A stretch of DNA of 64,000 nucleotides from Nitrospirota bacterium. Lineage in GTDB: Bacteria; JACPQY01. A program made the position numbers and the translations under genes. The notes beneath the pieces were generated by a model. It made no database searches and was not told the DNA's origin. It worked only from the letters and a program-made list of their open reading frames with translations. This document shows positions 47,201 through 57,318 of this stretch, one piece after another (position 1 is the stretch's first letter; every line of letters starts with the position of its first letter). The DNA lies in assembly GCA_016180645.1 (NCBI GenBank), contig JACPAV010000005.1, positions 62,001 through 126,000 of the forward strand. The letters run 5' to 3'.

Positions 47201-49646
47201 CGGACGCCGTGCCGGTGGCGGCCACGGCGGAGGTACAGGAGCCGTTGGTGTAGACTTTCACCGTCGAAGACGCCTCGGCCGTACCCTTGATGGCAGGGCT
47301 GTTGTTGTTGGCCGGTGACGGGGGAGTGACGCCCAATCCGGTCGGACCCGATGGGGCGGCGATGTCGTTCGTTTTGCTTGTCGCACCGCTCTGATTGCCC
47401 GCGGCGTCGGTAGCGGTGACATAGACCGTCGCGTACAGGTTGCCTCCAATGGACAGGGCCGCGAAACTCCCGTCGGCTCCGGCGGTGCCCGATACGATCA
47501 GCGTGGTGAGAAGACCATCGGCCCAGATCTTGACGGTGGACGCAGCCTCACAGGCTGCGGCTACCCCGGAGACGGTGTCGCTTGAACCGGGGGCATTCTG
47601 AGTAACCGTCAGCTTCGCAGGGTCCGGCGCGGCGGGGGCGGTGGTATCCGCGGGGGTGCACACGTTCCCCTCGTCGGTCGAGCCATCGCAATCGTTGTCC
47701 TTCTTATCGCAGATCTCGGTGGTGGCTGCTCCCGCCACGGCATCGCACAGCGTGCCCGTGCCATCCGTCTTGCAAACGAAAGTTCCGGCCTTGGCGCACT
47801 CGCCCACGCCGGCTGAACATGCCTGCCCCTTGTTCGTGAAGTCTTCGTCGGTGTTCCCGTCGCAGTCGTTGTCGGCGCCGTCGCAGGATTCGGCGCCGGA
47901 CGCATGACGCTGGACGCAAGCAAGAACTCCATTCGAGCAAGCTTGGGTGCCTTCGGCGCACACACCCGGGCTGCCGGTGCTGCAAGAAGCAGAGGGGAGA
48001 TCCTCGTCCGTCTTCCCGTCGCAGTCGTTGTCCTTTCCGTCGCAGATCTCGGCGCTGGGGGCGGAGGGGACGGCGGAACAGCGTGTGCCCAAGCCATCCG
48101 CCTTGCAGATAACCGTTCCGCCGGCCTGGCAGGCGCCGATGCCGACCGTGCAGGGTTGGCCGAGGGAGGCACTGGTAGCCGCGGGCTTTATGCCCGCGTC
48201 CGAGGACGCACCCATAAAGGGTGCGCCTACCAAGCCTGCGTCTGAAGACGCACCCGTAAAGGGTGCGGCTACCCAGTCCTCATCCACAAGCGTGTCGCAG
48301 TCGTTGTCCTTGCCATCACAGATTTCAGCGGAAGGATTGCACGCGGACAGGACGGTGAAGGTGACGGTGGCGGGCGTCTGGTCCCGATTGCCCATGGCGT
48401 CGGAGGCGAACACCTTGAGGGAGTGTTCGCCCGACGCGGGACGCAGGACGTAGGACGCGGGGCAGGAAGTGAATTCGAAAGCATCCAGCGAGCAGCGGAA
48501 GGCACAGAAGGACTCGTTGCACGATAGAGCGAATGCGATGTCTTGTCCTGCTTGCGCCTCGCGCCTTGCGCCCAGCGCCTCCGCCGATACGAAAGTTTCC
48601 GGCGGCGTAAGATCAATCTCCTTGAGCTCGATCTTCACCGCGGCGGGAGGCGCAACGCCCGCGGCTTTGAAGTCATCAATGACTTTCGTTTCCAGCTTGG
48701 CGGCCAGGGATTCGAAAGCCTGTTGCACCTGCTCCTGCGTGGGCTTTTTGTCAGAAGCCGCATCCGAGGCGATGGCGATGGCGTCGGCCAAAGACGCAGG
48801 CGTAAAGCCTGCGCCTACCGCCTCGCTCCCAATGATCGCCGCCACCTCGGTGAGGGTGGAGACGCCGTTGCCGTCCAGATCGGGCAGCTCCACCTCGTTG
48901 AGGTCGATGGAGGTTTCTTCAATTTCAATTTGGAACAGCGGTAACCCCTCACCCCCACCCTCTCCCTCAAGGGGAGGGGGAGTGGATGGGTCACCCGTCG
49001 CAGGCGGGGGCAGCTTCATCTTGATGGTTGTCTTGACTTCGACGAGGGGAACATCCTGATGCCGGCCGGGACGCACGCGCGTGTGGATGTCGTTGGCGCC
49101 GTCGCGGGCGGATTTCTTGGGCAAAAGGAACGTTACCTCAAAAGCAAATGCAAGCTCCCCCTCACCCACGCCCTCTCCCCCAATCTGGGGGCGAGGGGAG
49201 GATTTGGTAGGCGCGGGCTTCATGCCCGCGTCCGGGGACGCACCCTGAAGGGTGCGCCTACCAGGATCTTGACGCATCGAGACACCGCGCACACCGCCAC
49301 GCACGCCTGATGCTTCCGCCCCGCGAACGCCACCGCGAACTCCGCCGACCACATCGCCGCGCACCCCGCCCCGAACGCCTCCGCGGACTCCCTCCGCTAC
49401 GATCTCTCCGTTCACTTCGATGTCCGCCACGAGGTCGTCCGCCGCGGCCACGCCGTTCAGCGCCGCCGCGATTTCGGGGGAGAGAGGAAGGGAGACGTCC
49501 AGCGGCACGCCGTCTTCGGCCGCCGCGGGCGCGGTCAGTTTCAACGCATCGCGCTGGCAGGAGGCCAGGAGGCCCGTGAGGAGTGAGGCGTGAAGAGTGA
49601 GGTGAGAGACGGAACGGAAACGAGAACCGGAACGCCTCCAAGACAT
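44277..49646 (-). CDS. Large predicted lipoprotein: Cys/Asp-rich CDGKDNDCD repeats, Ig-like/FN3 domains and many RCC1 repeats; carries in-frame REP insertions
   Basis: Lipobox-like [16 protein letters not shown]-type repeats; ATDAAGN motifs; [23 protein letters not shown] repeats. Confidence 0.88.
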   Translation of the reverse strand: MSWRRSGSRFRSVSHLTLHASLLTGLLASCQRDALKLTAPAAAEDGVPLDVSLPLSPEIAAALNGVAAADDLVADIEVNGEIVAEGVRGGVRGGVRGDVVGGVRGGVRGAEASGVRGGVRGVSMRQDPGRRTLQGASPDAGMKPAPTKSSPRPQIGGEGVGEGELAFAFEVTFLLPKKSARDGANDIHTRVRPGRHQDVPLVEVKTTIKMKLPPPATGDPSTPPPLEGEGGGEGLPLFQIEIEETSIDLNEVELPDLDGNGVSTLTEVAAIIGSEAVGAGFTPASLADAIAIASDAASDKKPTQEQVQQAFESLAAKLETKVIDDFKAAGVAPPAAVKIELKEIDLTPPETFVSAEALGARREAQAGQDIAFALSCNESFCAFRCSLDAFEFTSCPASYVLRPASGEHSLKVFASDAMGNRDQTPATVTFTVLSACNPSAEICDGKDNDCDTLVDEDWVAAPFTGASSDAGLVGAPFMGASSDAGIKPAATSASLGQPCTVGIGACQAGGTVICKADGLGTRCSAVPSAPSAEICDGKDNDCDGKTDEDLPSASCSTGSPGVCAEGTQACSNGVLACVQRHASGAESCDGADNDCDGNTDEDFTNKGQACSAGVGECAKAGTFVCKTDGTGTLCDAVAGAATTEICDKKDNDCDGSTDEGNVCTPADTTAPAAPDPAKLTVTQNAPGSSDTVSGVAAACEAASTVKIWADGLLTTLIVSGTAGADGSFAALSIGGNLYATVYVTATDAAGNQSGATSKTNDIAAPSGPTGLGVTPPSPANNNSPAIKGTAEASSTVKVYTNGSCTSAVAATGTASAFNTPGLSATVSDNSSTTFYATATDAAGNASPCSASSVTFTEDSTPPLLTVANIEGDSGSPFYDTVNDSNTDISISAGDAVACRWDTADVVYGSMANTCASTSLCTITGAATDGSAYNRFIDCTDSAGNTQGVSGNLDVSWTNDWSAPTFGGLVSATSTSATNVDLAWSAASDNVSAPANIVYQICRATTPNYCTTTWSVTFTTSPGATTYNDGSLSPGSKVYYRVRARDEALNVESNTVEKSALTWSTIGVAQAITTHLGNHTCSLISDGTVKCWGNNGNGQLGDGTTANKSTPVTVSTLSGAVAVAGGGIHICSLRSDGMVKCWGYNLYGQLGDGTTADKWTPVPVASLSGASGIAGGFSHTCSLLSDGTVKCWGNNLYGQLGDGTTANRLTPIPVSSLSGGVAVAGGTSHTCSLLSDGTVKCWGWNNVGQLGDGTTANKSIPVAVSVLSTAVAVAGGDGHTCSLLSDGTMKCWGSNSNGQLGDGTTADKSTPVAISTLTGAVAVTGGASHTCSLLSDGTVKCWGYNGYGQLGDGTTADKSTPVTVSGLSYGVAVSGGWAHTCSLLSDGTVKCWGRSNYGQLGDGTTVDKTTPVAVSMPAGPMGVKLPRLHESTASGAPARPFREGLSAGRDHVCALLSDGTAKCWGKNDSSQLGDGTTTDRTAPVPVSGLTNATALAEGTYHTCALLSNGTIKCWGSNSYGQLGDGSFTPRPTPTTVSVLSNAVTVAALHTHTCAMVTDGTVACWGENGQGQVGDGTTTNRGAPVAVSTLTGVIATALGDSHTCAVLSDGSAWCWGWGGYGVLGDGTSTNKSTPVAVSTLTGAVSISGGGMHSCALLNDGTARCWGANSGGKLGDGTGTDSSVPVAVTSLTNAVSITGRGYHTCALLSDGTVKCWGSGGSGAIGDGATANRLTPVSVSTLTGAVAVTNGNSHTCALESDGTVKCWGYNVFGQLGDGTTANKSTPVPVINLP
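48175..48272. repeat. Family-A REP block inside the RCC1-protein gene, in frame
   Basis: Encodes [33 protein letters not shown]. Confidence 0.9.
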
Positions 49647-49732
49647 GGGCAGATTGTCAACCTCGCGTCAATCAATGTCAAGGTCAACAACCGCCCGTGC
49701 CGTCGCGTTGTGTGATCTAGGTCATAATACAA

Positions 49733-49910
49733 GACGCGGGCTGAAGCCCGCGCCTACCAAGAGCAGGACGACTGCCTCCCCGGTAGCCGCAGGCTTCAGC
49801 CTGCGTCCGAAGCGTGTAGGGGAGCAGCTTGAGCTGCTCCCTCTTATCGGGAGAGTCTGAAAACCCTCCCCTACGCATTCTGTTAGACGCACTAAAGGTC
49901 CTCCCCTACG
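49733..49910. repeat. Mixed REP family A and B cluster with one MITE-like end (49875-49892)
   Basis: cgcgggctgaagcccgcgcctac; gtagccgcaggc..; gtaggggagcagc..; gcattctgttagacgcac. Confidence 0.85.
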
Positions 49911-49974
49911 GGAGGATCAAGGAATGAACATTGGTCTCGATACGGAGCGAACGCAATGTTACAATTCCGCGACG

Positions 49975-51654
49975 ATGAACCGGATTCGTTTCGCCCTCAT
50001 CCTCCTTCCCCTCTTCGCACTGACCAACCCGCCACTCGCAATTTCCCAATCCGTATCTCCCGAGGGCACTCGCGGGGTGTGGCACGTGCAGAGCGCCGAC
50101 CGCCTCGATCTCGGCCGGTGGGTTCCATCCCTGACGGGCGGCTATTTCTCACAAAAAGACCTCGTTCTCGCCGCGCAGGATCACTCGGCCATCCTCGGCA
50201 CCGCGGGATTCACGTTCCGTCCCGGCGACGAATCGGCCTTCCGACGCACCGAGGCATCCGTCGTCTGGGAGGGACGCTCCTACCGCGTGAACGACCGTGA
50301 AGTAGGCAGCAAGGATTCCGTCGCCGCATTCGGCGATCCTCGCCTGCGACTCAAATGGGAATGGCTTCGCGCCTCACCCTTCCACATGGGCCTCGGCCTC
50401 GAAGCTCGCGCATATTCAAAGGAGGAATCGGGTGGCATGGCCTTCTCCACGATCTCACCCGCCGCTTCGATATTGAACACACTCCGATGGTCGCCGTTCG
50501 CTTTCCATCTCACGGCAGGATATCGGCTCGATCAGTCTGAAAAGGCATTCCAGAGTCTCTCACCCTATCCCAGCAGGACCAATCGCACCGCGCAAGGCAT
50601 CCGCGGCGATAACGTTTGGCTCGGGGGCGTGGCGCTGGAACTCACCGCAAGCCGGTGGATCCAACCTTTCGTCGAATGCACCGCCGAAATCGACACGGAC
50701 GGCAAGGCCTTCGACAGCAACGGCGATCGCGTCAAGGTCACCACCTCCCAGAATCCGATCCGCCTTACGCCCGGCGCGCGCCTGCAAATCGCGAGCGCCC
50801 GCGTCGTGCTGGCGGGCGACCTTGGAATCCTCACCGCGCGATTCCCGCGGGAGGAGACGGATGTGCCACAATGGACCGCCGGCTTGAGTTTCCAATACGT
50901 CCGCACACCGCGCCATCGAGAGTTCGCCGTCGTGACCGGCCGCGTGCTCGATCAACAATCGCTCGAACCGCTCACCGCCTCCTCCGTGCTCATCGAAGAT
51001 GAATCCGACGAGCGAATCACCTTGGACGTGGATCCCCGCACGGGCGAGTTCCGGAACGATCAAGTCCCACCGGGTCCGCATCGGATCACCGCCTTCCGGC
51101 CCGCGTACAAGTCGAAGAGCTACGACCTCGCCCTCGAGGCCAAACGCCAAGAGCGCGTGGAAATCGTCCTCGAACCGGAGGAAATCGTCATTCCCGAGGA
51201 AGCGCCGGCCGCCAAGGAGGAGGAGGCTCCCCCTCCCCCGCTGAAGGTCGTGCTGACCAAGGAGAAAATCGTCATCAACCAGCGGATCCAGTTCTATTTC
51301 AATTCCGTCGACATCAAGCCTGTGTCCATGCCGATCGTTCACGAGGTCGCCCGGATCATGTCGGAGCATCCGGAGGTGCGGCTCGAAGTGCAAGGGCACA
51401 CGGATCCCACGGGCGCGGAGGACATCAACGAACTTGTTTCCTGGGCGCGCGCGGAAGTCGTCTATCATCACATGGTGCTTCTCGGCGTCGATCCCGCAAG
51501 GCTCACGTACAAAGGCTACGGCACACAGCGACCGATTGCGCCGAACGAATCTCAGGAGGGACGCAAGCTGAACCGTCGCGTCGAGTTTGTGGTGCCGACG
51601 GAGGGGGAGTCGGCCCTCCCGGCCCCTCCGCCCTCCGCACCTCCGACGCCCTAG
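49975..51654 (+). CDS. OmpA-family outer membrane protein (beta-barrel, carboxypeptidase-regulatory-like domain, OmpA C-terminal domain)
   Basis: Signal peptide; VQGHTD, GYGTQRP and NRRVEF; TGnTACAAT 9 nt upstream. Confidence 0.88.
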   Translation: MNRIRFALILLPLFALTNPPLAISQSVSPEGTRGVWHVQSADRLDLGRWVPSLTGGYFSQKDLVLAAQDHSAILGTAGFTFRPGDESAFRRTEASVVWEGRSYRVNDREVGSKDSVAAFGDPRLRLKWEWLRASPFHMGLGLEARAYSKEESGGMAFSTISPAASILNTLRWSPFAFHLTAGYRLDQSEKAFQSLSPYPSRTNRTAQGIRGDNVWLGGVALELTASRWIQPFVECTAEIDTDGKAFDSNGDRVKVTTSQNPIRLTPGARLQIASARVVLAGDLGILTARFPREETDVPQWTAGLSFQYVRTPRHREFAVVTGRVLDQQSLEPLTASSVLIEDESDERITLDVDPRTGEFRNDQVPPGPHRITAFRPAYKSKSYDLALEAKRQERVEIVLEPEEIVIPEEAPAAKEEEAPPPPLKVVLTKEKIVINQRIQFYFNSVDIKPVSMPIVHEVARIMSEHPEVRLEVQGHTDPTGAEDINELVSWARAEVVYHHMVLLGVDPARLTYKGYGTQRPIAPNESQEGRKLNRRVEFVVPTEGESALPAPPPSAPPTP

Positions 51655-51661
51655 CCCATTT

Positions 51662-51805
51662 GTCATTCCCGCGAAAGCGGGAATCCAGCGTGTAGGGGAG
51701 CAGCTTTAGCTGCTCCCTTTTCTTGGAGCACTGGTCCCAAGAAGGGAGGACCTCAAGGTCCTCCCCTACGGCTCCCAGGAAGGCTAGGCTGAAGCCCGGG
51801 CCTAC
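51662..51805. repeat. Cluster of three palindrome types: ATTCCCGCGAAAGCGGGAAT, a family-B doublet and a degenerate family-A REP
   Basis: Directly visible hairpins. Confidence 0.8.
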
Positions 51806-51906
51806 CAAGCAGTGCTCTTCGATCCCGGAAACCGCATCCCCGCCCGACAACCGCCATCTACTCGGCCCCGATGTCCCGGCAATTGTGACGTGCATCACAA
51901 TATTCC

Positions 51907-51934
51907 TTGACAATCCGCCCTCGGCGGATAGAAT
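51907..51934 (+). promoter_or_regulatory. Sigma70 promoter with a palindromic spacer
   Basis: TTGACA-16 nt-TAGAAT; ATCCGCC-ctc-GGCGGAT inverted repeat at 51913-51929. Confidence 0.7.
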
Positions 51935-51944
51935 TGCGCCCAAC

Positions 51945-52841
51945 ATGAAACACATCACCTTGCTGCTGCTGTTCCTTTCCGCCGCGATCACGACGAATTG
52001 CGGCGGAATCATCGTCAAGAATTTGAGGAAAGCGGGGCTCGTCGCCCAGCGCAATCCGGACCCCATGCTCATCAAGTACGGAGCACCGAGCAACCTCCTC
52101 CTGTTCGAAGGGTTGGCGGACACCTTCTCGGACAACGCCGACCTCATGAGCATCATCGCGCAGACGTACTGTAGCTACGCGATGGGATTTGTGCAGGACG
52201 ACGAGCCGGAGCGCGCGATGGTCCTCTTCATGCGAGGCCGCGATTTCGGTCTCCGCTCCCTGCTGCTGACGAGTCCCTTCAAGAAAGCCGTTCGAGCCGC
52301 AGCCGGGAAAAAGCCTGCAAATCAGGCGGAAGCCATCGAACAGGCCGTGGAGCATCTCGAAAAGGGCGTGGACGCCATCAAGGACAAGAAGCTCGTCGAG
52401 CGCCTTTTCTGGACGGGGAACTGCTGGGCCGGCTGGCTCAATCTTGCGAAGAAAGATCCGCTCGCACTCTTCGACATTCCAAAAGTGCTCTCCCTCATGA
52501 ACCGTTCGAAGGATTTGGACGATCAATATTTCTACGGCGGCGTACACGCCTTCTTCGGCGCATACTACGCGGGGCTGCCCTCCATCGCCGGCGGCGGCGT
52601 GGAAAAGAGCCAGAAGGAGTTCGACATCGCGTTCGGCCTGAGCAATAAGAAGCTCCTCCTGCCCTACGTCCTCTACGCCGAACAGTTCGCCACGCTCATC
52701 AAAGATGAAGCGCTGTTCGACAAGGTTTTGCAGGAGGTTCTGGATACTCCCTCGGACACGGTGCCGGAAATGACCGTAGCCAACGAAATCGCCAAGCTGA
52801 AGGCGAAACGCCTCATCTCCAAGAAAAATGAGCTGTTCTGA
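51945..52841 (+). CDS. TRAP transporter TatT (T-component) family lipoprotein
   Basis: Signal peptide ending in Cys; YAMGFV, LFW....WAGW and GG..EKS...F..A; lies upstream of dctPQM. Confidence 0.82.
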   Translation: MKHITLLLLFLSAAITTNCGGIIVKNLRKAGLVAQRNPDPMLIKYGAPSNLLLFEGLADTFSDNADLMSIIAQTYCSYAMGFVQDDEPERAMVLFMRGRDFGLRSLLLTSPFKKAVRAAAGKKPANQAEAIEQAVEHLEKGVDAIKDKKLVERLFWTGNCWAGWLNLAKKDPLALFDIPKVLSLMNRSKDLDDQYFYGGVHAFFGAYYAGLPSIAGGGVEKSQKEFDIAFGLSNKKLLLPYVLYAEQFATLIKDEALFDKVLQEVLDTPSDTVPEMTVANEIAKLKAKRLISKKNELF

Positions 52842-53877
52842 CGCTCGCCGGCTGATCCTTTCCATCGGGGGTCGCGCCGCGGCGGCGATCCTGCTTGCCC
52901 TTGCTCTCTCGGTCGGCACCCGTCCCGCCCGCGCGGAGGATCTCCGGATCAAGATGGCCATTCTTCCCCCCGAGGGCACCACGTGGGGTCAATTCGTCAA
53001 GGAAACCGCGGACCAGATCGGAAAAGATACGCAGGGCCGAATCAAGATTACTCTCTTCGCCGGCGGCACGATGGGCGACGAACCGGATGTCGTCCGAAAA
53101 CTTCGCCTCGGCCAAGTGCAGGCGGCGGGCCTCACGGGGATGGGCCTGGGCATGATCGCTTCCGAGATCCGCGTGATCGAGCTTCCTTTGCTTTTGAAGG
53201 AGTACAAGGAGGCGGTCTTCCTGTCGGACAAGATGTTCGGAACGTTCCGCGACCTGCTCGCCAAGAAGGGAATGGTCCTCCTGACCCTGGGTCCCTTTGG
53301 AGGCATTTACATCTTCACGCAGAAGCCGCTTCACAAGCTCAGCGACATTGCCGGCGAAAAAGCGTGGGTATGGGCGGGTGATCCCCTCGCGGAGGCGATC
53401 TACAAGGAGCTTGCCGTCGTAACCCCCGTTCCCCTCCCCGTGATCGAGGTTCTCACCGCCCTCCAGACCGGGCTCGTCAATTCCTTCTACATCAATCCTC
53501 TCGGCGCCATCGCGTTCCAGTGGTACCCCTACGCCAAGTACATCGTTGACACTCCGCTCACCATGGCCACCAGCGGGTTCGTGGTCGATCAGAAGACCTG
53601 GGACAAGGTGAAGCCCGAGGATCGAGCTTTCATCAATCAGAGGGCCCAGGAGCTCATGGTCCGACTGGGCGAGCAGGTGGAGCGCGAGAACGAGAAGGCG
53701 CTCCTCGGTCTGAAGAAGAAGGGGGTCCAGTTCACCAAGATGGATCCGCAGGGCCAGGAGGAAATGATGGCCAAGATGGAAACCGTGCATCAGAAACTGG
53801 TCGGCGTGCTCTACCCCAAGCCCCTCCTCGAACAGGTTCAAGCCAGTCTCAAGGGCTACCGGTCCGGTAAGCCTTGA
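52828..53877 (+). CDS. dctP: TRAP transporter substrate-binding protein
   Basis: MAILPPEGTTW, GGTMGDEPDVVRKLRLGQ and TALQTGLV. Confidence 0.9.
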   Translation: MSCSDARRLILSIGGRAAAAILLALALSVGTRPARAEDLRIKMAILPPEGTTWGQFVKETADQIGKDTQGRIKITLFAGGTMGDEPDVVRKLRLGQVQAAGLTGMGLGMIASEIRVIELPLLLKEYKEAVFLSDKMFGTFRDLLAKKGMVLLTLGPFGGIYIFTQKPLHKLSDIAGEKAWVWAGDPLAEAIYKELAVVTPVPLPVIEVLTALQTGLVNSFYINPLGAIAFQWYPYAKYIVDTPLTMATSGFVVDQKTWDKVKPEDRAFINQRAQELMVRLGEQVERENEKALLGLKKKGVQFTKMDPQGQEEMMAKMETVHQKLVGVLYPKPLLEQVQASLKGYRSGKP

Positions 53878-53984
53878 CCCCGCCCCCAAATCCGTGGACG
53901 AGTGGACAAGTGGGCAGGTGATCGAGAGACCATGACCCTCCCACTTGGGCACTTGACCCCTGGATCGCTCGACCACGCCTCCCG

Positions 53985-54476
53985 ATGAAAACGCTAAACC
54001 GCTTGACGGCCGGCATCTGCAAGGTGGAAAGCTTTCTCGTTTTCGCCCTCCTCCTCATCATGGTGTGCCTTTCCTTCTGGCAGGTCACGGCGCGCAACCT
54101 GTTTTCCAAGGGATTCCACTGGGCGGACGATTTTCTTCGTCACAGCGTGTTGTGGACCGGCCTCCTCGCCGCCTCGCTCGCCACCACCGAGGGAAAACAC
54201 ATCAAGATCGACATCTTGAACCTGCGCATGTCCGAAGCCGTTAAGATCAAGATCGAGGCGGTGATCAGCTTCATCGCCGCCGGCATGTGCGCGCTCATTT
54301 TCAAGACCGCGTGGGTGTTCGTCGCCACGGAGAAGCAGTACGCCGAGATGAACTATTCGCTCCACGTGGCCACGTGGGTCCTGGAGAGCATCTTTCCGAT
54401 CGCCTTCGGCCTCGCGGCCTTCAAGTTTGTCATACGGGGGTTGAACGGGCTGCTCGCCAAACCGCACAGGACGTGA
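53985..54476 (+). CDS. dctQ: TRAP transporter small permease
   Basis: Four TM segments; QVTARN and HIKIDIL. Confidence 0.9.
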   Translation: MKTLNRLTAGICKVESFLVFALLLIMVCLSFWQVTARNLFSKGFHWADDFLRHSVLWTGLLAASLATTEGKHIKIDILNLRMSEAVKIKIEAVISFIAAGMCALIFKTAWVFVATEKQYAEMNYSLHVATWVLESIFPIAFGLAAFKFVIRGLNGLLAKPHRT

Positions 54477-54493
54477 TCGCCCGCGTCTGACCC

Positions 54494-55771
54494 ATGATTC
54501 TGCTCCTCATCGTTCTTCTCCTACTCTACTCCTCCTTCGGCGGTCCCCTCTTTACCGTCATGGGCGGCGCCGCGCTGATCGGGTATTACTTCGTGGCGGA
54601 TGTTCCCACAGCCTCCCTCATCGCGGAGGCGTACCGTATCGCCAGCGCGCCTTCCCTCATCGCCATCCCGCTCTTCACTTTCGCAGGCTACATCCTCGCT
54701 GAAAGCAAGGCTCCCGAGCGGCTCGTCAATCTTGCGAACGCGGCGTTCGGCTGGCTTCCCGGCGGGCTTTCCATCGTCACGCTCTCCGCCTGCACCATCT
54801 TTACGGCGCTCACCGGCGCGTCCGGCGTCACGATCATCGCGCTGGGCGGACTCTTGATGCCCTCGCTGATCAAGCAGAAGTATCCTGAGAATTTTTCGCT
54901 CGGATTGGTCACCTGCTGCGGCAGCGTGGGTCTCCTCTTCCCGCCCAGCCTACCCATCATCATCTACGGGATCGTGGCCGAGGTGGACGTCAGCAAGCTC
55001 TTCCTCGCGGGCATCGTGCCAGGCGTCGTCATCATGGTCTTCCTGTCCATTTACGCCATGTTCCGGGCGAAACGCGCGAAGGTCCCCCCGACCAAGATGA
55101 CCGTCCGGGGCATCGGCAAAGGAATCAAGGACGCCGCATGGGAGATCCCCATCCCGTTCGTCATCCTCGGCGGGATTTACGGCGGCTATTACACCGCGGG
55201 CGAGGCATCGGCCATCATGGCTTTCTACGTCTTCATCGTGGAGGTCTTCATCAGGCGTGAAGTCCGGTTCCGCGATCTCCCCAAGATCATGAAAGAAAGC
55301 ATGCTGCTCGTCGGCGGCATCTTGATCATCCTTGGCATGGCGCTCGGTTTCACCAACTTCCTCATCATCCAGCAGGTGCCGGACAAGATTTTCGAATGGA
55401 TCAACACCTACATTCACAGCCAGATCACCTTCCTGGTGGCGCTCAACATCTTCCTCCTCATCGTCGGGTGCCTGATGGATATCTTCTCCGCGATCGTAGT
55501 GGTTGTCCCGCTCATCGTTCCGATCGCCCGGAATTTCGGCGTGGACCCCATCCATCTGGGCATCATCTTCCTCACGAATCTTGAAATCGGGTATCTGACG
55601 CCGCCCGTCGGCATGAATCTTTTCATTTCCAGTTTCCGGTTTCAGAAACCGATCGTCCAGCTCTACCGCGCCGCCATCCCCTACATCGCCGTCCTCGTCG
55701 CCGCCCTTCTCGTAATCACCTACTGGCCGGAACTCTCCCTCTGGCTCGTGCATCGCCTCAGCGCCCCCTGA
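54494..55771 (+). CDS. dctM: TRAP transporter large permease
   Basis: AIPLFTFAG, PPSLP and LTPPVGMNLF. Confidence 0.93.
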   Translation: MILLLIVLLLLYSSFGGPLFTVMGGAALIGYYFVADVPTASLIAEAYRIASAPSLIAIPLFTFAGYILAESKAPERLVNLANAAFGWLPGGLSIVTLSACTIFTALTGASGVTIIALGGLLMPSLIKQKYPENFSLGLVTCCGSVGLLFPPSLPIIIYGIVAEVDVSKLFLAGIVPGVVIMVFLSIYAMFRAKRAKVPPTKMTVRGIGKGIKDAAWEIPIPFVILGGIYGGYYTAGEASAIMAFYVFIVEVFIRREVRFRDLPKIMKESMLLVGGILIILGMALGFTNFLIIQQVPDKIFEWINTYIHSQITFLVALNIFLLIVGCLMDIFSAIVVVVPLIVPIARNFGVDPIHLGIIFLTNLEIGYLTPPVGMNLFISSFRFQKPIVQLYRAAIPYIAVLVAALLVITYWPELSLWLVHRLSAP

Positions 55772-55786
55772 CGGGTACGCGCTCAA

Positions 55787-56093
55787 GACGCGGGCTAAAG
55801 CCCGCGCCTACCAAGAACTCTCGCGTCCCGGTAGCCGCAGGCTTTAGCCTGCGTCCGAAGACGCACCCATAAAGGGTGCGCCTACCAGAAAATGGTTCAA
55901 TCCCTCTTGGTAGCCGCAGGCTTCAGCCTGCGTCCGAAGACGCACCCATAAAGGGTGCGCCTACCAGAAAATGGTTCAATCCCTCTTGGTAGCCGCAGGC
56001 TTTAGCCTGCGTCCGAAGACGCACCCATAAAGGGTGCGCCTACCCAATAAGGGTTCATCCCTCCTTGGTAGCCGCAGGCTTTAGCCTGCGTCC
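55787..56093. repeat. BIME-like tandem array of family-A REP doublets (79-bp period)
   Basis: GTAGCCGCAGGC starts at 55831, 55910, 55989 and 56068. Confidence 0.92.
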
Positions 56094-56163
56094 GTCGCCC
56101 CACGGATTGTTTGACGTTCGGGCTTGGTGTATAACACCCCGCCTGATACCAAAGGAGATCATC

Positions 56164-57318
56164 ATGTCTGATTTGTTCACCTCCGAGTCGGTCACTGAAG
56201 GCCACCCGGACAAGATTGCCGATCAGATCTCGGACGGCGTGTTGGATGCCGCCCTCGCAGGCGATCCGACGAGTCGCGTCGCGTGCGAGTCCATGCTGAA
56301 GGACAACCACGTCATCGTGGCCGGCGAGATCACCACGCGCGCGCGCATCGATTTCGTCAAAGTCGCCCGCGATACGATCCGGGATATCGGCTACGACGAC
56401 GTCAAGAAAGGGCTGGATTGGAAGACATGCGAGGTTCAAAACCTCGTCGGCCAGCAATCGCCGGACATCGCCATGGGCGTGACCCGCGCGAAGGAGGAGG
56501 AACAGGGCGCCGGCGACCAGGGCATCATGTTCGGATTCGCCTGCAACGAAACGAAGGAGCTCATGCCCCTCCCCATCCTTCTCTCTCATCGCCTCTCCTC
56601 ACGCCTCTCCGAAACCCGCAAGAAGAACATCGTCGACTATCTCCGCCCGGATGGAAAATCCCAAGTGACCGTGGAATACGCCAACGGACTTCCCACGCGC
56701 GTGACCACCGTGGTGATCGCCGCGCAACACAATGAAGAGGTCTCCGATGACGCTCTCCGCGCCGGCATCACCGAACACGTCATCAAGCCCGTCATTCCCC
56801 AGGAGTTTTGGGCGAAGGACATGCGCATCTTCATCAATCCCACCGGGCGGTTCGTCATCGGCGGGCCGGCGGGCGACTGCGGCCTCACGGGCCGGAAGAT
56901 CATCGTGGACACGTACGGCGGCTACGCCCGCCACGGCGGCGGCGCCTTTTCGGGAAAAGATCCCTCCAAGGTGGACAGAAGCGCCGCCTACATGGCGCGT
57001 CACGTGGCCAAGAACGTCGTGGCCGCCGGGCTCGCCAAGAAATGCGAGATCCAGCTCGGCTACGTCATCGGCGTGGCCGATCCCGTCTCCGTCCGCGTGG
57101 ACACGTTCGGAACGGAAGCCGCCGATCCGCAAAAGATTTCAAGCGCCATCCGCGAGGTCTTCCCGCTCCGGCCGGCTCGAATCATCAAGTACCTCGACCT
57201 TCTCCGCCCCATCTATCGCAAGACGGCCGCGTATGGGCACTTCGGACGCGAGAACGAGGGATTTACCTGGGAGAGCACGGACAAGGCCGCTGAATTGAAG
57301 AGGTTGCTCCATGCATAG
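56164..57318 (+). CDS. metK: S-adenosylmethionine synthetase
   Basis: [19 protein letters not shown] and [17 protein letters not shown]. Confidence 0.98.
   Translation: MSDLFTSESVTEGHPDKIADQISDGVLDAALAGDPTSRVACESMLKDNHVIVAGEITTRARIDFVKVARDTIRDIGYDDVKKGLDWKTCEVQNLVGQQSPDIAMGVTRAKEEEQGAGDQGIMFGFACNETKELMPLPILLSHRLSSRLSETRKKNIVDYLRPDGKSQVTVEYANGLPTRVTTVVIAAQHNEEVSDDALRAGITEHVIKPVIPQEFWAKDMRIFINPTGRFVIGGPAGDCGLTGRKIIVDTYGGYARHGGGAFSGKDPSKVDRSAAYMARHVAKNVVAAGLAKKCEIQLGYVIGVADPVSVRVDTFGTEAADPQKISSAIREVFPLRPARIIKYLDLLRPIYRKTAAYGHFGRENEGFTWESTDKAAELKRLLHA

Noticed and set aside
55787-56093. CRISPR array
   Set aside because: The repeats are REP doublets found across the window, the spacers are identical or related, and there are no cas genes.
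56065-56163. Extended metK N-terminus, or a SAM riboswitch
   Set aside because: The extension begins in REP sequence; AAGGAG precedes ATG 56164; no SAM-box motif was seen.
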